Assembly (NCBI RefSeq): GCF_002310835.1
Contig: NZ_CP011042.1
Location: forward strand, 330,001-362,000
Source of the DNA: Pseudoalteromonas tetraodonis
GTDB lineage: Bacteria > Pseudomonadota > Gammaproteobacteria > Enterobacterales > Alteromonadaceae
Direction: 5' to 3'
Length of the DNA: 32,000 nucleotides
A program made the position numbers and the translations under genes. The notes under the pieces were generated by a model, which was not told the origin of the DNA, ran no database searches, and worked only from the letters and a program-made list of their open reading frames with translations. Numbering within the stretch: the first letter of the stretch is position 1; the number at the start of each line of letters is the position of its first letter. This document shows positions 17,551 to 25,814 of the stretch, in pieces.

Positions 17551-18774
17551 TTATTTTTTATTTTTTTCTGCTATCCATTGCGACATGTATTGTGTGCTGC
17601 GCATGGTGTGATGTTTTAGCATTTGACCGGTGAAATTTTTCATTCTATGCGCAGATAAATTTTGGCTTACTAATTGAATTTTTTCGATTAAATTGTCGCT
17701 CAACTGCGCTTTATCATAAAGTGTATTAAGTAACTCATTACCAGCTTTTTGTGCAGCTATAAACTCAGCCTGATTGGTATAAATTGAGACAGCAGCGTTT
17801 GCAAATTCTTCTGCATTTTGAGTGATAGCACCAGGCCATGGTAAATGGTTATGCATACCTTCGCTACCTATTGGCGTGGTGACGCTTGGGGTTTGCATGA
17901 TCATGGCCTCTAAAAGTTTGCCTTTTATGCCAGCACCAAAACGAAGCGGGGCTAAACAAACGCGCGCGCTTTGCATTACTTCATAAGCATCATCTGCCCA
18001 GCCTTTAATTAAAAAACCGGTTTTAGGGTTATTGAGTGCGGTGGCTTTAGGTGGTGGGTATGAGCCATAAATGTGCAACTCTGCCTGCGGTAGTTGTTTG
18101 CGGATGAGCGGCCAAATTTTTTGTAAATACAGTACTGCATCCCAGTTAGGGGCATGCCTAAAATTACCAATAGTCATAAAGTGTTGGCGCTGATCATACG
18201 ATTTAGTTTGCTCAGGTAAGGCGCTTAAATCAACCATAAATGGTAAATGATGTAACACACTAGGCTCAACTTTAAACACTTCATTGAGTAGTTCCATCTC
18301 ATAGCTTGAGATAATTAAGCTTAAGTCACAGCGTAAAATAGCGGCTATTTCACGTTTAGCTATGTCTGATAGTAAATCGCTATGGTTGAATTCACGCTCA
18401 CCTTTATGGGCTTCATGGCGGGCATTGCGCAGGCATTGTAAATCTTCGGTGTCTAAAATTTTAAGTGCATTTGGGCAATGCTTATCTACGCGCCAGCCAA
18501 ATTGTTCTTCCATCATAAAACGGTCGAACATAACAATATCTGGGTTGTAGGCTTTAACGTAATCATCAAAACTATCGCAGTTAAGTGCGATGCTTTGACT
18601 GGTGATGCCGTAATCGTTCAGATTTACCATGTGCTCTGTAGGTTGTGCAGGCGTAGCAAATTCAACATCCCAGTTTTGCGATTTAAACGCATTAAGTAAC
18701 GACATCATGTGCGTACCCGCAGCAGACGAATTGGGCTCTGGCCATACATAGCCAATTACCAGCACTTTTTTCAT
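17551..18774 (-). CDS. Glycosyltransferase (GT-B fold, GT4/GT1-like)
   Basis: 407 aa. The C-terminal half has the GT-B donor-binding pattern (APLRFGAGIKGKLLEAMIMQTPSVTTPIGSEG). Confidence 0.75.
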   Translation of the reverse strand: MKKVLVIGYVWPEPNSSAAGTHMMSLLNAFKSQNWDVEFATPAQPTEHMVNLNDYGITSQSIALNCDSFDDYVKAYNPDIVMFDRFMMEEQFGWRVDKHCPNALKILDTEDLQCLRNARHEAHKGEREFNHSDLLSDIAKREIAAILRCDLSLIISSYEMELLNEVFKVEPSVLHHLPFMVDLSALPEQTKSYDQRQHFMTIGNFRHAPNWDAVLYLQKIWPLIRKQLPQAELHIYGSYPPPKATALNNPKTGFLIKGWADDAYEVMQSARVCLAPLRFGAGIKGKLLEAMIMQTPSVTTPIGSEGMHNHLPWPGAITQNAEEFANAAVSIYTNQAEFIAAQKAGNELLNTLYDKAQLSDNLIEKIQLVSQNLSAHRMKNFTGQMLKHHTMRSTQYMSQWIAEKNKK

Positions 18775-18793
18775 TGGCTAGATCTCTTATTAT

Positions 18794-19061
18794 TAGGGTC
18801 TGTTGACCTTTCAAGGTTAAATTTGCAGCAGTCTGTTTGGTATTTAGGCAAGGCAGAGCCTATGTGGTGTGGTTGTTCCCCACAAATAGGCGATAACGCA
18901 GCATCAATACCAAACAGGCGCTGCCCGAAGGGTTCTGCCTAGGGGCGATTTACTCTTTGTTGCTCGGTTTTTACTTAGCCCACTAGGTTACAAACTTCGC
19001 GCCGCGATTAAACCGCCCCTAGTTTGAACAAATTATAATCCGCAAAGGTCAATAGACCCTA
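18794..19061. mobile_element. MITE-like / highly structured 268-bp intergenic element with 18-bp terminal inverted repeats
   Basis: Left end TAGGGTCTGTTGACCTTT; reverse complement of right end TAGGGTCTATTGACCTTT (17/18). Two long internal imperfect hairpins: CTGTTTGGTATT/AATACCAAACAG and CTAGGGGCGATTTA/TAAACCGCCCCTAG. No credible ORF. Confidence 0.5.
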
Positions 19062-19282
19062 GTTTATTTGCGTGCTTTTTCAGCAGTGTAAATACGCTGC
19101 GTTTTGTTTAGTCGTAGTACATAACGACAACACAGTAACGATAAGTAAATAATCGCGTAGTTTAACTTATTCGCCTTACTTAAGCATCATTTAGCTGATT
19201 TTATCCTTGCTTAACACTTTATGAACAAGGTAAAACGTGTTTATATAGCGGGTAATATTTAACAATAAAAAAGGATGAAAAC

Positions 19283-21733
19283 ATGAATGCTTTTAGGCTA
19301 TTTATTGCCTTGGTAGGCTGCATTGTTTTATTGCCTGCAAGTTATGCAGAGCAAGGATATCAAACCCCTTCACCGGCGCTTGCGGCATTAGTCGATGCTA
19401 AGTTAGCACCAACTAGCTCTTTATCAAATGATGGTCAATGGCTTGCTCTGTTTGAACGCAAGCGTGTTGTGTCGCTTGATGAGCTGGCCAAAGAAGAATT
19501 TAAGCTTGCGGGAATTAAGCTTAATCCTGCTAACTTTTCACGCTCACGGGTAAGTGCAAAGTACAGCGCGTTAGAGCTTAAGCATGTTCAAAGTGGAACA
19601 GTAATAAACGTTAATAATTTGCCTCAGGGGATTATTCGCTCGCCGCGTTGGTCAGCAAATAGCGAACATTTAGCGTTTATTGTTGAACAACCGGATAACG
19701 CACGGCTATGGGTTTATAGCGTTAAAACCAAACAAGCTAAGCAGTTAAGTGAGCTTGCACTTAATTCAGTATTAACCGCTACGCCTTATCAGTGGTTACC
19801 CGATAGCACGGCGATTGTGGCTAATTTAGCGGTAAACTTAGACAAACCAAGATTAACCAATGATACCCAAAGCACAGTGCCGGTTATTCAACAAAGTACT
19901 GGCGAAAAAGCCCCAGCAAGGACTTATCAAAACTTATTGACCAGCCCGTTTGATGAAGCACAATTTAAATTTTATGGTCAAGGTCAATTAGCGTATATCA
20001 CGCTTGATGGCAAAGCACAGCCGATTGGCCGTGCCGGTTTATTTAAATCGTTTTCAATTTCGCCTGATTCAACCAATATTTTAGTCGCGACCATCGACGA
20101 GCCATTTTCGTATCAAGTCCCTTACAGTCGTTTTGCAACTACATGGCAAATATGGGGAATGCGTGGCTATGCATTAGTAGAGCTGGCAAAGCAACCTCTT
20201 GCCGACAACATTCCACAAGGCTACGACAGTGTGCGTACAGGTCGTCGTGATTTTGAGTGGCGAGCCGATCAAGGTGCTGAAGTCATATGGGCCGAGGCAC
20301 AAGATGGCGGTGATATGAAAACTGAGGTTGAATATCATGACTACCTTTACAGTTTACGAGCGCCATTTAAACGCGACCCTAAATTATTTGCCAAAGTAGA
20401 GCGTCGTTTTGCGGGTATACAATGGGGTAATGATAATATTGCCATGCTAAGTGATTGGCGTTTTAGTGACCGACAAGTGCGCACTTATGTAATTCAACCA
20501 CGTAATGCCGATAGTAACCGCGTGTTATTTTCAGAGCGCAGTTATAACGATGCCTATAAAGATCCAGGCAGTGCAATTTACGAGCGTAACGATTTAGGTG
20601 TTAGCGTAATAAAAGTTGTTGGCGGACGTTACATTTACTTACGTGGCGATGGCGCGTCTGAGCAAGGAAACATTCCTTTTTTAGATCAGTACGATGTTAA
20701 AACGAATAGCACCAAACGTTTATGGCAATCAGCAGCGCCTTATTACGAGCGTGTGCGTGCATTGTTAGACGATGAAGGCACAAAATTCATTACTATTCGT
20801 GAGTCTAAATCGCAGCAGCCAAACTTTTTTATTCGCGATTTAGATAAAGGCTCGCTAACACAGCTTACTCAGTTTGAGCATCCTTACCCTGCATTTAAAG
20901 GCGTAACCAAAGAGCAACTACGTTATACCCGTGATGACGGTGTTGAGCTTTCAGGTACGCTTTATTTACCACCAGGGTATGACAAAACACAAGGGCCATT
21001 ACCGGTATTGATGTGGGCATATCCACTTGAATATAAAGATAAAGCAGTTGCATCACAAGTGCGTGAATCTGAATACGAATTTACCTACATAGGTTATTGG
21101 GGCCCTATGCCTTACCTTGCGAAAGGGATTGCGGTGTTTGATGATCCTAAAATGCCGATTGTAGGCGTTGATGGCAGTGAGCCAAATGATCACTTTAGAA
21201 AACAGCTAGTCTCTAGTGCTAAAGCAGCGGTTGATGTACTGGTTGAAAAGGGCATTGCCGATAAAGATAACATTGCTATAGCAGGGCATTCGTATGGTGC
21301 GTTTATGGTGGCTAATTTATTAGCACATAGCGATTTATTTAAGGTAGGTATTGCCCGCAGTGGTGCGTATAACCGCACATTAACGCCGTTTGGTTTTCAG
21401 GGTGAAGAACGTGATTTTTGGCAAGCACAAAGTGTGTACGCAAACATGTCGCCGTTTTTCCATGCTGAAAAAATTAACGAACCTATGTTAATGATCCACG
21501 GTCAAGAGGACCCTAATTCGGGCACTTTTCCAATGCAAAGTGAGCGTATGTACGCAGCGCTTAAAGGCTTGGGTAAAGAAGCGCGTTTAGTGATGCTTCC
21601 TTACGAAGCTCATGGCTACCGTGCCCGTAAAAGCTTATTACATGTACTGTGGGAGCAAGAGCAATGGCTTGATAAGTACTTGTTAAAGGATAATGTTGAA
21701 CCAGTTGATATGGACGAACAACCCATTCAATAG
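19283..21733 (+). CDS. S9 family serine peptidase (prolyl oligopeptidase family), exported
   Basis: 816 aa with a signal peptide (LLPASYAEQ), a long propeller-like N-terminal region, nucleophile motif GHSYGAF, then HGQEDPNS and EAHGY. AGGA SD upstream. Confidence 0.9.
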   Translation: MNAFRLFIALVGCIVLLPASYAEQGYQTPSPALAALVDAKLAPTSSLSNDGQWLALFERKRVVSLDELAKEEFKLAGIKLNPANFSRSRVSAKYSALELKHVQSGTVINVNNLPQGIIRSPRWSANSEHLAFIVEQPDNARLWVYSVKTKQAKQLSELALNSVLTATPYQWLPDSTAIVANLAVNLDKPRLTNDTQSTVPVIQQSTGEKAPARTYQNLLTSPFDEAQFKFYGQGQLAYITLDGKAQPIGRAGLFKSFSISPDSTNILVATIDEPFSYQVPYSRFATTWQIWGMRGYALVELAKQPLADNIPQGYDSVRTGRRDFEWRADQGAEVIWAEAQDGGDMKTEVEYHDYLYSLRAPFKRDPKLFAKVERRFAGIQWGNDNIAMLSDWRFSDRQVRTYVIQPRNADSNRVLFSERSYNDAYKDPGSAIYERNDLGVSVIKVVGGRYIYLRGDGASEQGNIPFLDQYDVKTNSTKRLWQSAAPYYERVRALLDDEGTKFITIRESKSQQPNFFIRDLDKGSLTQLTQFEHPYPAFKGVTKEQLRYTRDDGVELSGTLYLPPGYDKTQGPLPVLMWAYPLEYKDKAVASQVRESEYEFTYIGYWGPMPYLAKGIAVFDDPKMPIVGVDGSEPNDHFRKQLVSSAKAAVDVLVEKGIADKDNIAIAGHSYGAFMVANLLAHSDLFKVGIARSGAYNRTLTPFGFQGEERDFWQAQSVYANMSPFFHAEKINEPMLMIHGQEDPNSGTFPMQSERMYAALKGLGKEARLVMLPYEAHGYRARKSLLHVLWEQEQWLDKYLLKDNVEPVDMDEQPIQ

Positions 21734-21740
21734 TGTATTA

Positions 21741-21780
21741 TGCCGTGAGATTAAGAATATCCCCTCTCAATCTCACGGCA
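21741..21780 (+). terminator. Stem-loop immediately downstream of the S9 peptidase gene (terminator candidate, weak U-tract)
   Basis: Perfect 12-bp stem TGCCGTGAGATT / AATCTCACGGCA with a 16-nt loop, starting 8 nt after the stop. Followed only by CTTTG. Confidence 0.45.
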
Positions 21781-21797
21781 CTTTGCGCCGAGTTATA

Positions 21798-21869
21798 GGC
21801 TTCGAGCTTCGAGTATCGGGCTTAGAACCTCAGGCTAAGCTCGGTGCTCTTAACCCGATCCTCGAAGCC
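21798..21869. repeat. REP-like imperfect palindromic element
   Basis: CTTCGAGTATCGGG pairs with CCCGATCCTCGAAG (13/14). Inner CTTAG/CTAAG, outer GGCTTCGAG/CTCGAAGCC. Tandem GCTTCGA GCTTCGA at the 5' side. Confidence 0.35.
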
Positions 21870-21975
21870 GTTATTTCTACCTTACTGATAGTTGTTTTAC
21901 CTTTCACCTTTGGCTTTTTTCCTTTACCCTTTCATTCATAATTAACACTATTTTTTAATCTATTGCGAGCTTTAA

Positions 21976-22593
21976 ATGATTGATGTAGCTGCACTTGCGG
22001 TATTTATTCCTACCTTCTTTTTTGTATCAATTACACCCGGTATGTGTATGACACTGGCCATGACCTTAGGCATGAGTATTGGCGTGCGACGAACTTTATG
22101 GATGATGATAGGTGAACTACTCGGTGTAGCAACAGTTGCGGTAGCCGCGGTGCTTGGTGTAGCCAGTGTTATGCTTAATTACCCCAGTGCATTTGATATT
22201 TTAAAATGGCTAGGTGGCGCTTATTTAATCTACATTGGCATTAATATGTGGCGTGCAAAAGGAAAAATGTCGGTTGATACGCATAACACAACAGCCGTGA
22301 GCCGATATTCATTATTTTCACAGGGGTTTGTAACCGCCATTGCCAATCCAAAGGGATGGGCGTTTATGATTTCCTTATTACCTCCTTTTATTAACGTGCA
22401 ATACAGTGTTGCGCCACAGTTAGCGGTGTTGGTGGCCATTATTTTACTTTCAGAGTTTATCTGTATGATGATTTACGCAACAGGTGGCAAAAGCCTGCGG
22501 TTATTTTTAACTAAAGGCAATAACATCAAGTGGATGAACCGAATTGCGGGGAGTTTAATGGTGCTAGTGGGGGTTTGGTTAATACTAGGGTAA
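21976..22593 (+). CDS. LysE/RhtB-family amino-acid (or homoserine-lactone) efflux protein
   Basis: 205 aa, about 6 TM, with an N-terminal pattern typical of the LysE family (FIPTFFFVSITPGMCMTLAM...). Confidence 0.85.
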   Translation: MIDVAALAVFIPTFFFVSITPGMCMTLAMTLGMSIGVRRTLWMMIGELLGVATVAVAAVLGVASVMLNYPSAFDILKWLGGAYLIYIGINMWRAKGKMSVDTHNTTAVSRYSLFSQGFVTAIANPKGWAFMISLLPPFINVQYSVAPQLAVLVAIILLSEFICMMIYATGGKSLRLFLTKGNNIKWMNRIAGSLMVLVGVWLILG

Positions 22594-22618
22594 TTTATTG
22601 TAGTTATTTAATTAATAT

Positions 22619-22646
22619 AACAACCCTAACTTATATTAGGGCTGTT
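22619..22646. terminator. Hairpin shared by the convergent LysE gene and (before IS insertion) the lipoprotein operon
   Basis: AACAACCCTAA-cttata-TTAGGGCTGTT, an 11-bp stem with one mismatch that becomes G-U on the minus-strand RNA. On the minus strand it is followed by a T/A-rich tract. Confidence 0.45.
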
Positions 22647-22658
22647 ATGAAACGCTTA

Positions 22659-23951
22659 GGTAGTGTTTAGAAATCTGTGTCATTTCAGTATTATTAAGAA
22701 AACAGGAGTGACACATGACTCAATCTTTCGACTTCAACAAAGCATTAGCTGAACTTCAAGCTGGTAAAGGCCTTACTGGCGAAGACGGTGTTCTAACACC
22801 CTTAATCAAACAACTCACCGAAGCGGCTCTTAAAGCTGAATTAGAGCAGCATTTAGAATCTGAGACCCAAGTTAACCGTAAAAATGGTTCAACCAAAAAA
22901 ACAGTTAAGTCATCCATAGGCCAATTCGAACTTGAAACGCCCAGAGACCGTTCAGGTTCGTTTGAACCTCAGCTTGTTAAAAAGAACCAAACCAAGTTAA
23001 CGCCTGAAATTGATGAGAAAATCCTATCTATGTTTGCTTTAGGTATGAGCTATCGAGATATTCGAGGCCACATACAGGATATGTATGGCGTTGAGGTATC
23101 AGAGGCCACCATCACTGCCGTAACAGGCCAACTGATACCAGAGCTTAAAGTATGGCAAGCGCGCAGCTTAGACACGCTTTACCCGTTTATCTGGCTTGAT
23201 GCCATTCATTATAAGATTAAAGAAAATGGGCGCTACGTGAGTAAGGCTATTTATACCGTACTAGGTGTCAATATCGAGGGCCGCAAAGAGTTACTTGGTT
23301 TATATATCTCTGAAAGTGAAGGGGCTAACTATTGGTTATCAGTATTAACAGATTTACATAATCGTGGTGTATCCGATATTTTAATTGCCTGTGTTGATGG
23401 ACTAAAAGGCTTCCCTGAAGCAATAGCAACAATCTATCCTGACGCCGAAGTGCAGGAGTGCGTTATTCATCAAATTCGTAATTCGATGAAGTATGTTGCT
23501 TCAAAGCACCAAAAAGAGTTTATGGCTGGCTTGAAACCCGTTTATAAGGCTGCCACTAAAGATGCAGCAGAAGCCGCTCTCGCCGAATTAGATGCCAAAT
23601 GGGGCAAGTTATACCCTATCGTTATCGAGTCTTGGCGTCGTAAGTGGGGCAATCTGTCGGTTTACTTCAAGTATCCAGATTACGTGCGAAAAGCTATTTA
23701 TACCACAAATGCAATTGAAGCTGTACATCGTCAGTTTAGGCGACTCACCAAGACTAAGGGAGCATTCCCTAATGAAAACAGCTTGATGAAATTATTGTAT
23801 GCAGGCATATTGAATGCCTCGAAGAAATGGACAATGCCAATCCATAATTGGAATCTGACATTGTCGCAATTGGCCATCCACTTCGAAGGTAGGTTAGATG
23901 GTGTGCTAGATATTTAGCAACTTAGGCTGACACAGAATTCTGAACGCCCTC
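22659..23951 (+). mobile_element. IS256-family insertion sequence, apparently intact
   Basis: 24-bp terminal inverted repeats: GGTAGTGTTTAGAAATCTGTGTCA versus the reverse complement of the right end GAGGGCGTTCAGAATTCTGTGTCA (18/24, the inner 9 bp identical). Flanked by the direct 8-bp duplication AACGCTTA (22651-22658 and 23952-23959). Single transposase ORF. Confidence 0.9.
22715..23917 (+). CDS. IS256-family (MULE/DDE) transposase
   Basis: 400 aa. The N terminus, ...GKGLTGEDGVLTPLIKQLTEAALKAELEQHL...TPRDRSGSFEPQLVKKNQT..., is characteristic of IS256-family transposases. GGAG SD upstream. Confidence 0.95.
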   Translation: MTQSFDFNKALAELQAGKGLTGEDGVLTPLIKQLTEAALKAELEQHLESETQVNRKNGSTKKTVKSSIGQFELETPRDRSGSFEPQLVKKNQTKLTPEIDEKILSMFALGMSYRDIRGHIQDMYGVEVSEATITAVTGQLIPELKVWQARSLDTLYPFIWLDAIHYKIKENGRYVSKAIYTVLGVNIEGRKELLGLYISESEGANYWLSVLTDLHNRGVSDILIACVDGLKGFPEAIATIYPDAEVQECVIHQIRNSMKYVASKHQKEFMAGLKPVYKAATKDAAEAALAELDAKWGKLYPIVIESWRRKWGNLSVYFKYPDYVRKAIYTTNAIEAVHRQFRRLTKTKGAFPNENSLMKLLYAGILNASKKWTMPIHNWNLTLSQLAIHFEGRLDGVLDI

Positions 23952-23956
23952 AACGC

Positions 23957-24517
23957 TTATTTATCTAGCGCTTTAAGCTCATCAGTTGTTGTTTTTAATT
24001 TGAATTCACGATAAAGCATATCTTCATCATTAGGGCTTAAATTCTTTCCTGACGTTTCGATTAATTTATCAAATAAAGGCTTAGTATTTTCCATAGTTAC
24101 AAGCGCACATAACTGTTTCTTTCCATCTAAGCGAGCAAAACCAATTTCTTTAGCAATAGCCCCTACTAAGCTTTGCTCAGCTACCTGTTTACTTATTTGC
24201 GTAAATGATGAATTAGTCGTCGTTGAGTCTTGCTGTTGGGTTTGTTTGTTTATTAGTGTATCCATTACTTGCGCTTTAGCACTAATTTGAGTTGCTAGAT
24301 CGGCACGTGCATTGGCAATAGCTTGTGCTCTACTTGCAGCCATATTTCCCGTCCATACTACACAGCTAGATGAAGCCAAACCGCCCTCGGGTGCAGTAGG
24401 TTGTAAAACCCAGCTTGGAACAGAATCGTTTTCAGCAAGAGGTTGAGACTTTTGTGGTGTTGTACCACATGCTGTAATAACTCCAGCAACTGCCAATATT
24501 AAAAGTTTATTTCGCAT
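23957..24517 (-). CDS. Lipoprotein, LPP20/FlgP-like (envelope operon gene 5)
   Basis: 186 aa with lipobox LAVAGVITAC-G. The segment PSWVLQP...GGLASSSCVV...ASRAQAIANARADLATQISAKAQV fits what I recall of the LPP20/FlgP family pattern (P-x-W, Gly, then an Ala/Arg-rich helix). The start overlaps the upstream gene by 11 nt. Confidence 0.6.
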   Translation of the reverse strand: MRNKLLILAVAGVITACGTTPQKSQPLAENDSVPSWVLQPTAPEGGLASSSCVVWTGNMAASRAQAIANARADLATQISAKAQVMDTLINKQTQQQDSTTTNSSFTQISKQVAEQSLVGAIAKEIGFARLDGKKQLCALVTMENTKPLFDKLIETSGKNLSPNDEDMLYREFKLKTTTDELKALDK

Positions 24518-25805
24518 GATTTACTTCCTTATTGTTAAGGTTCCATTGTTCTAAGTTTTTTTGATATTGAATATCTAATTTACTTACCTTTTGTAAGTAC
24601 TTTTTTGTTTCGTCGTACGGTAAATTATTTATAAGTTGTGCGTATACACCTTCGCTATCTAATTGGTTTATTAAGGCTACCGCTTTATTTATATTCGTAC
24701 TTCTATTTAAGTTAAATGCTTTAGCTACGTTACCAGCGCCAGTATTATAAGCTGCAATGGCACAATATCTTCGGCTTATGGGATTATTAATTTTGCGCAA
24801 ATATCGAGTCGTTAAAATGTCTAAGTACCCAGCACCGTAAGTTATATTAGTTTTTGGGTCGAATAATTCTTTAGCTGTAGGAGCTATATCCTTTTTAAAT
24901 TGTTTGCGAGCAACATCTAAGCCTGCTGAGTTTGGCACTATTTGCATTAATCCAAATGCTGGAATATGCGATTTTGCATTAGGATCAAATGACGACTCAG
25001 CATGTGAAATAGCTAATAGTAAAGATAATTGGTCTTTAGAAAACTGGCTATAATAAGTAACAAAAGGCGCTACTTTTTTTTGTAAATAAGTATCGGGTAG
25101 AGCGAAAGTATGCGACTTAATGCGTTTGTAGGTAAGGTTTTGCTCTTTTGTTTTTTTTAGCGCATTATTTAAATTACTAATACGTTGTTCTTTTTCTTTG
25201 GTAAGCTGCTCTTTTTGGATATCAATTTGTGCTTTAGGTAATTGCTCGTTTTTATCTAAACTACTCAATGATTGCTCGTGTTGAGAAGTAATTTCATTAA
25301 TTAATGCGACTTCGCTTTCATGTTTGTCTGGCTGTGCTTTTATATCAACTTTTGCTGTTTTTACTGCTTTATCGAGTAAGCTAAGGTCTTTAAAAATATC
25401 AGTTAAAACCGGCGATAATTTAACATTATTTAACAATTGATTTGTTGTTAATGCTTCTTCTTGAGAAGTCGCTTTTAGTCCTGTTTCATTTGAGTCTTCA
25501 AGTGTTTGTACAGTCACGGTCGAATTTTGTTCATCAATAATAATACGTGTTTTTTTATCCGCACTATATTCAACACGTTCTAATAATGAGCTTTGTACAG
25601 GTCTTGACCAGTTTTGCAATAATCTATCTCTAAATTTATCGTATTCCTCGAGATATGCTTGTCTGAATGCTTGATATTCCAACTGATGATCGTTTTTAAA
25701 AGTGGTTTGTTTTGCAAGTTGCTGTTTTTTAAATTCTTCGAACGTCGGCGTGGTAGCCCCGCTGTAAGCACTAAATAAAGCAAAAAATAATAAAGTGTGA
25801 CGCAT
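24507..25805 (-). CDS. MltC-like lytic murein transglycosylase (DUF3393-like N domain + SLT domain), secreted and not lipidated (envelope operon gene 4)
   Basis: 432 aa with a signal peptide (FALFSAYSGA). The SLT motifs align closely with E. coli MltC as I recall it: LLLAISHAESSFDPNAKS..AFGLMQIVPNSAGLDVARK, NNPISRRYCAIAAYNTGAGNV, YDETKKYLQKV. The N-terminal KTRIIIDEQNSTVTVQT resembles the MltC DUF3393 region. Confidence 0.85.
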   Translation of the reverse strand: MRHTLLFFALFSAYSGATTPTFEEFKKQQLAKQTTFKNDHQLEYQAFRQAYLEEYDKFRDRLLQNWSRPVQSSLLERVEYSADKKTRIIIDEQNSTVTVQTLEDSNETGLKATSQEEALTTNQLLNNVKLSPVLTDIFKDLSLLDKAVKTAKVDIKAQPDKHESEVALINEITSQHEQSLSSLDKNEQLPKAQIDIQKEQLTKEKEQRISNLNNALKKTKEQNLTYKRIKSHTFALPDTYLQKKVAPFVTYYSQFSKDQLSLLLAISHAESSFDPNAKSHIPAFGLMQIVPNSAGLDVARKQFKKDIAPTAKELFDPKTNITYGAGYLDILTTRYLRKINNPISRRYCAIAAYNTGAGNVAKAFNLNRSTNINKAVALINQLDSEGVYAQLINNLPYDETKKYLQKVSKLDIQYQKNLEQWNLNNKEVNHAK

Positions 25806-25814
25806 TTTTTATCC

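Noticed and set aside
13175-18699. Short nested ORFs inside the RluA, S9 peptidase and glycosyltransferase genes: 13175-13432, 13501-13710, 14150-14341, 14868-15170, 15195-15416, 15480-15665, 18362-18550, 18478-18699
   Set aside because: Same reasoning. They are shadow ORFs opposite well-supported genes and show no independent evidence of coding.
18709-18942. 77-aa + strand ORF spanning the glycosyltransferase start and the left half of the MITE-like element
   Set aside because: It crosses a terminal inverted repeat and hairpin arms, has no SD, and its Arg/Cys/Trp-rich translation looks non-coding. The region is better explained as a structured repeat.
21900-21932. CCTTT pentamer repeats considered as a CRISPR-like or CsrA-sponge feature
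   Set aside because: The repeats are far too short and few for CRISPR. The reverse strand gives AAAGG rather than multiple exposed GGA motifs in hairpin loops. I reported them only as a possible protein-binding array.
21693-21941. 82-aa + strand ORF overlapping the end of the S9 peptidase gene and the structured intergenic region
   Set aside because: It runs through the terminator-like stem and the REP-like palindrome. It overlaps the last 41 nt of a strong gene out of frame and has no motif support.
23592-23786. 64-aa + strand ORF inside the IS256 transposase gene
   Set aside because: It is out of frame within the transposase ORF. IS256-family elements encode a single transposase.
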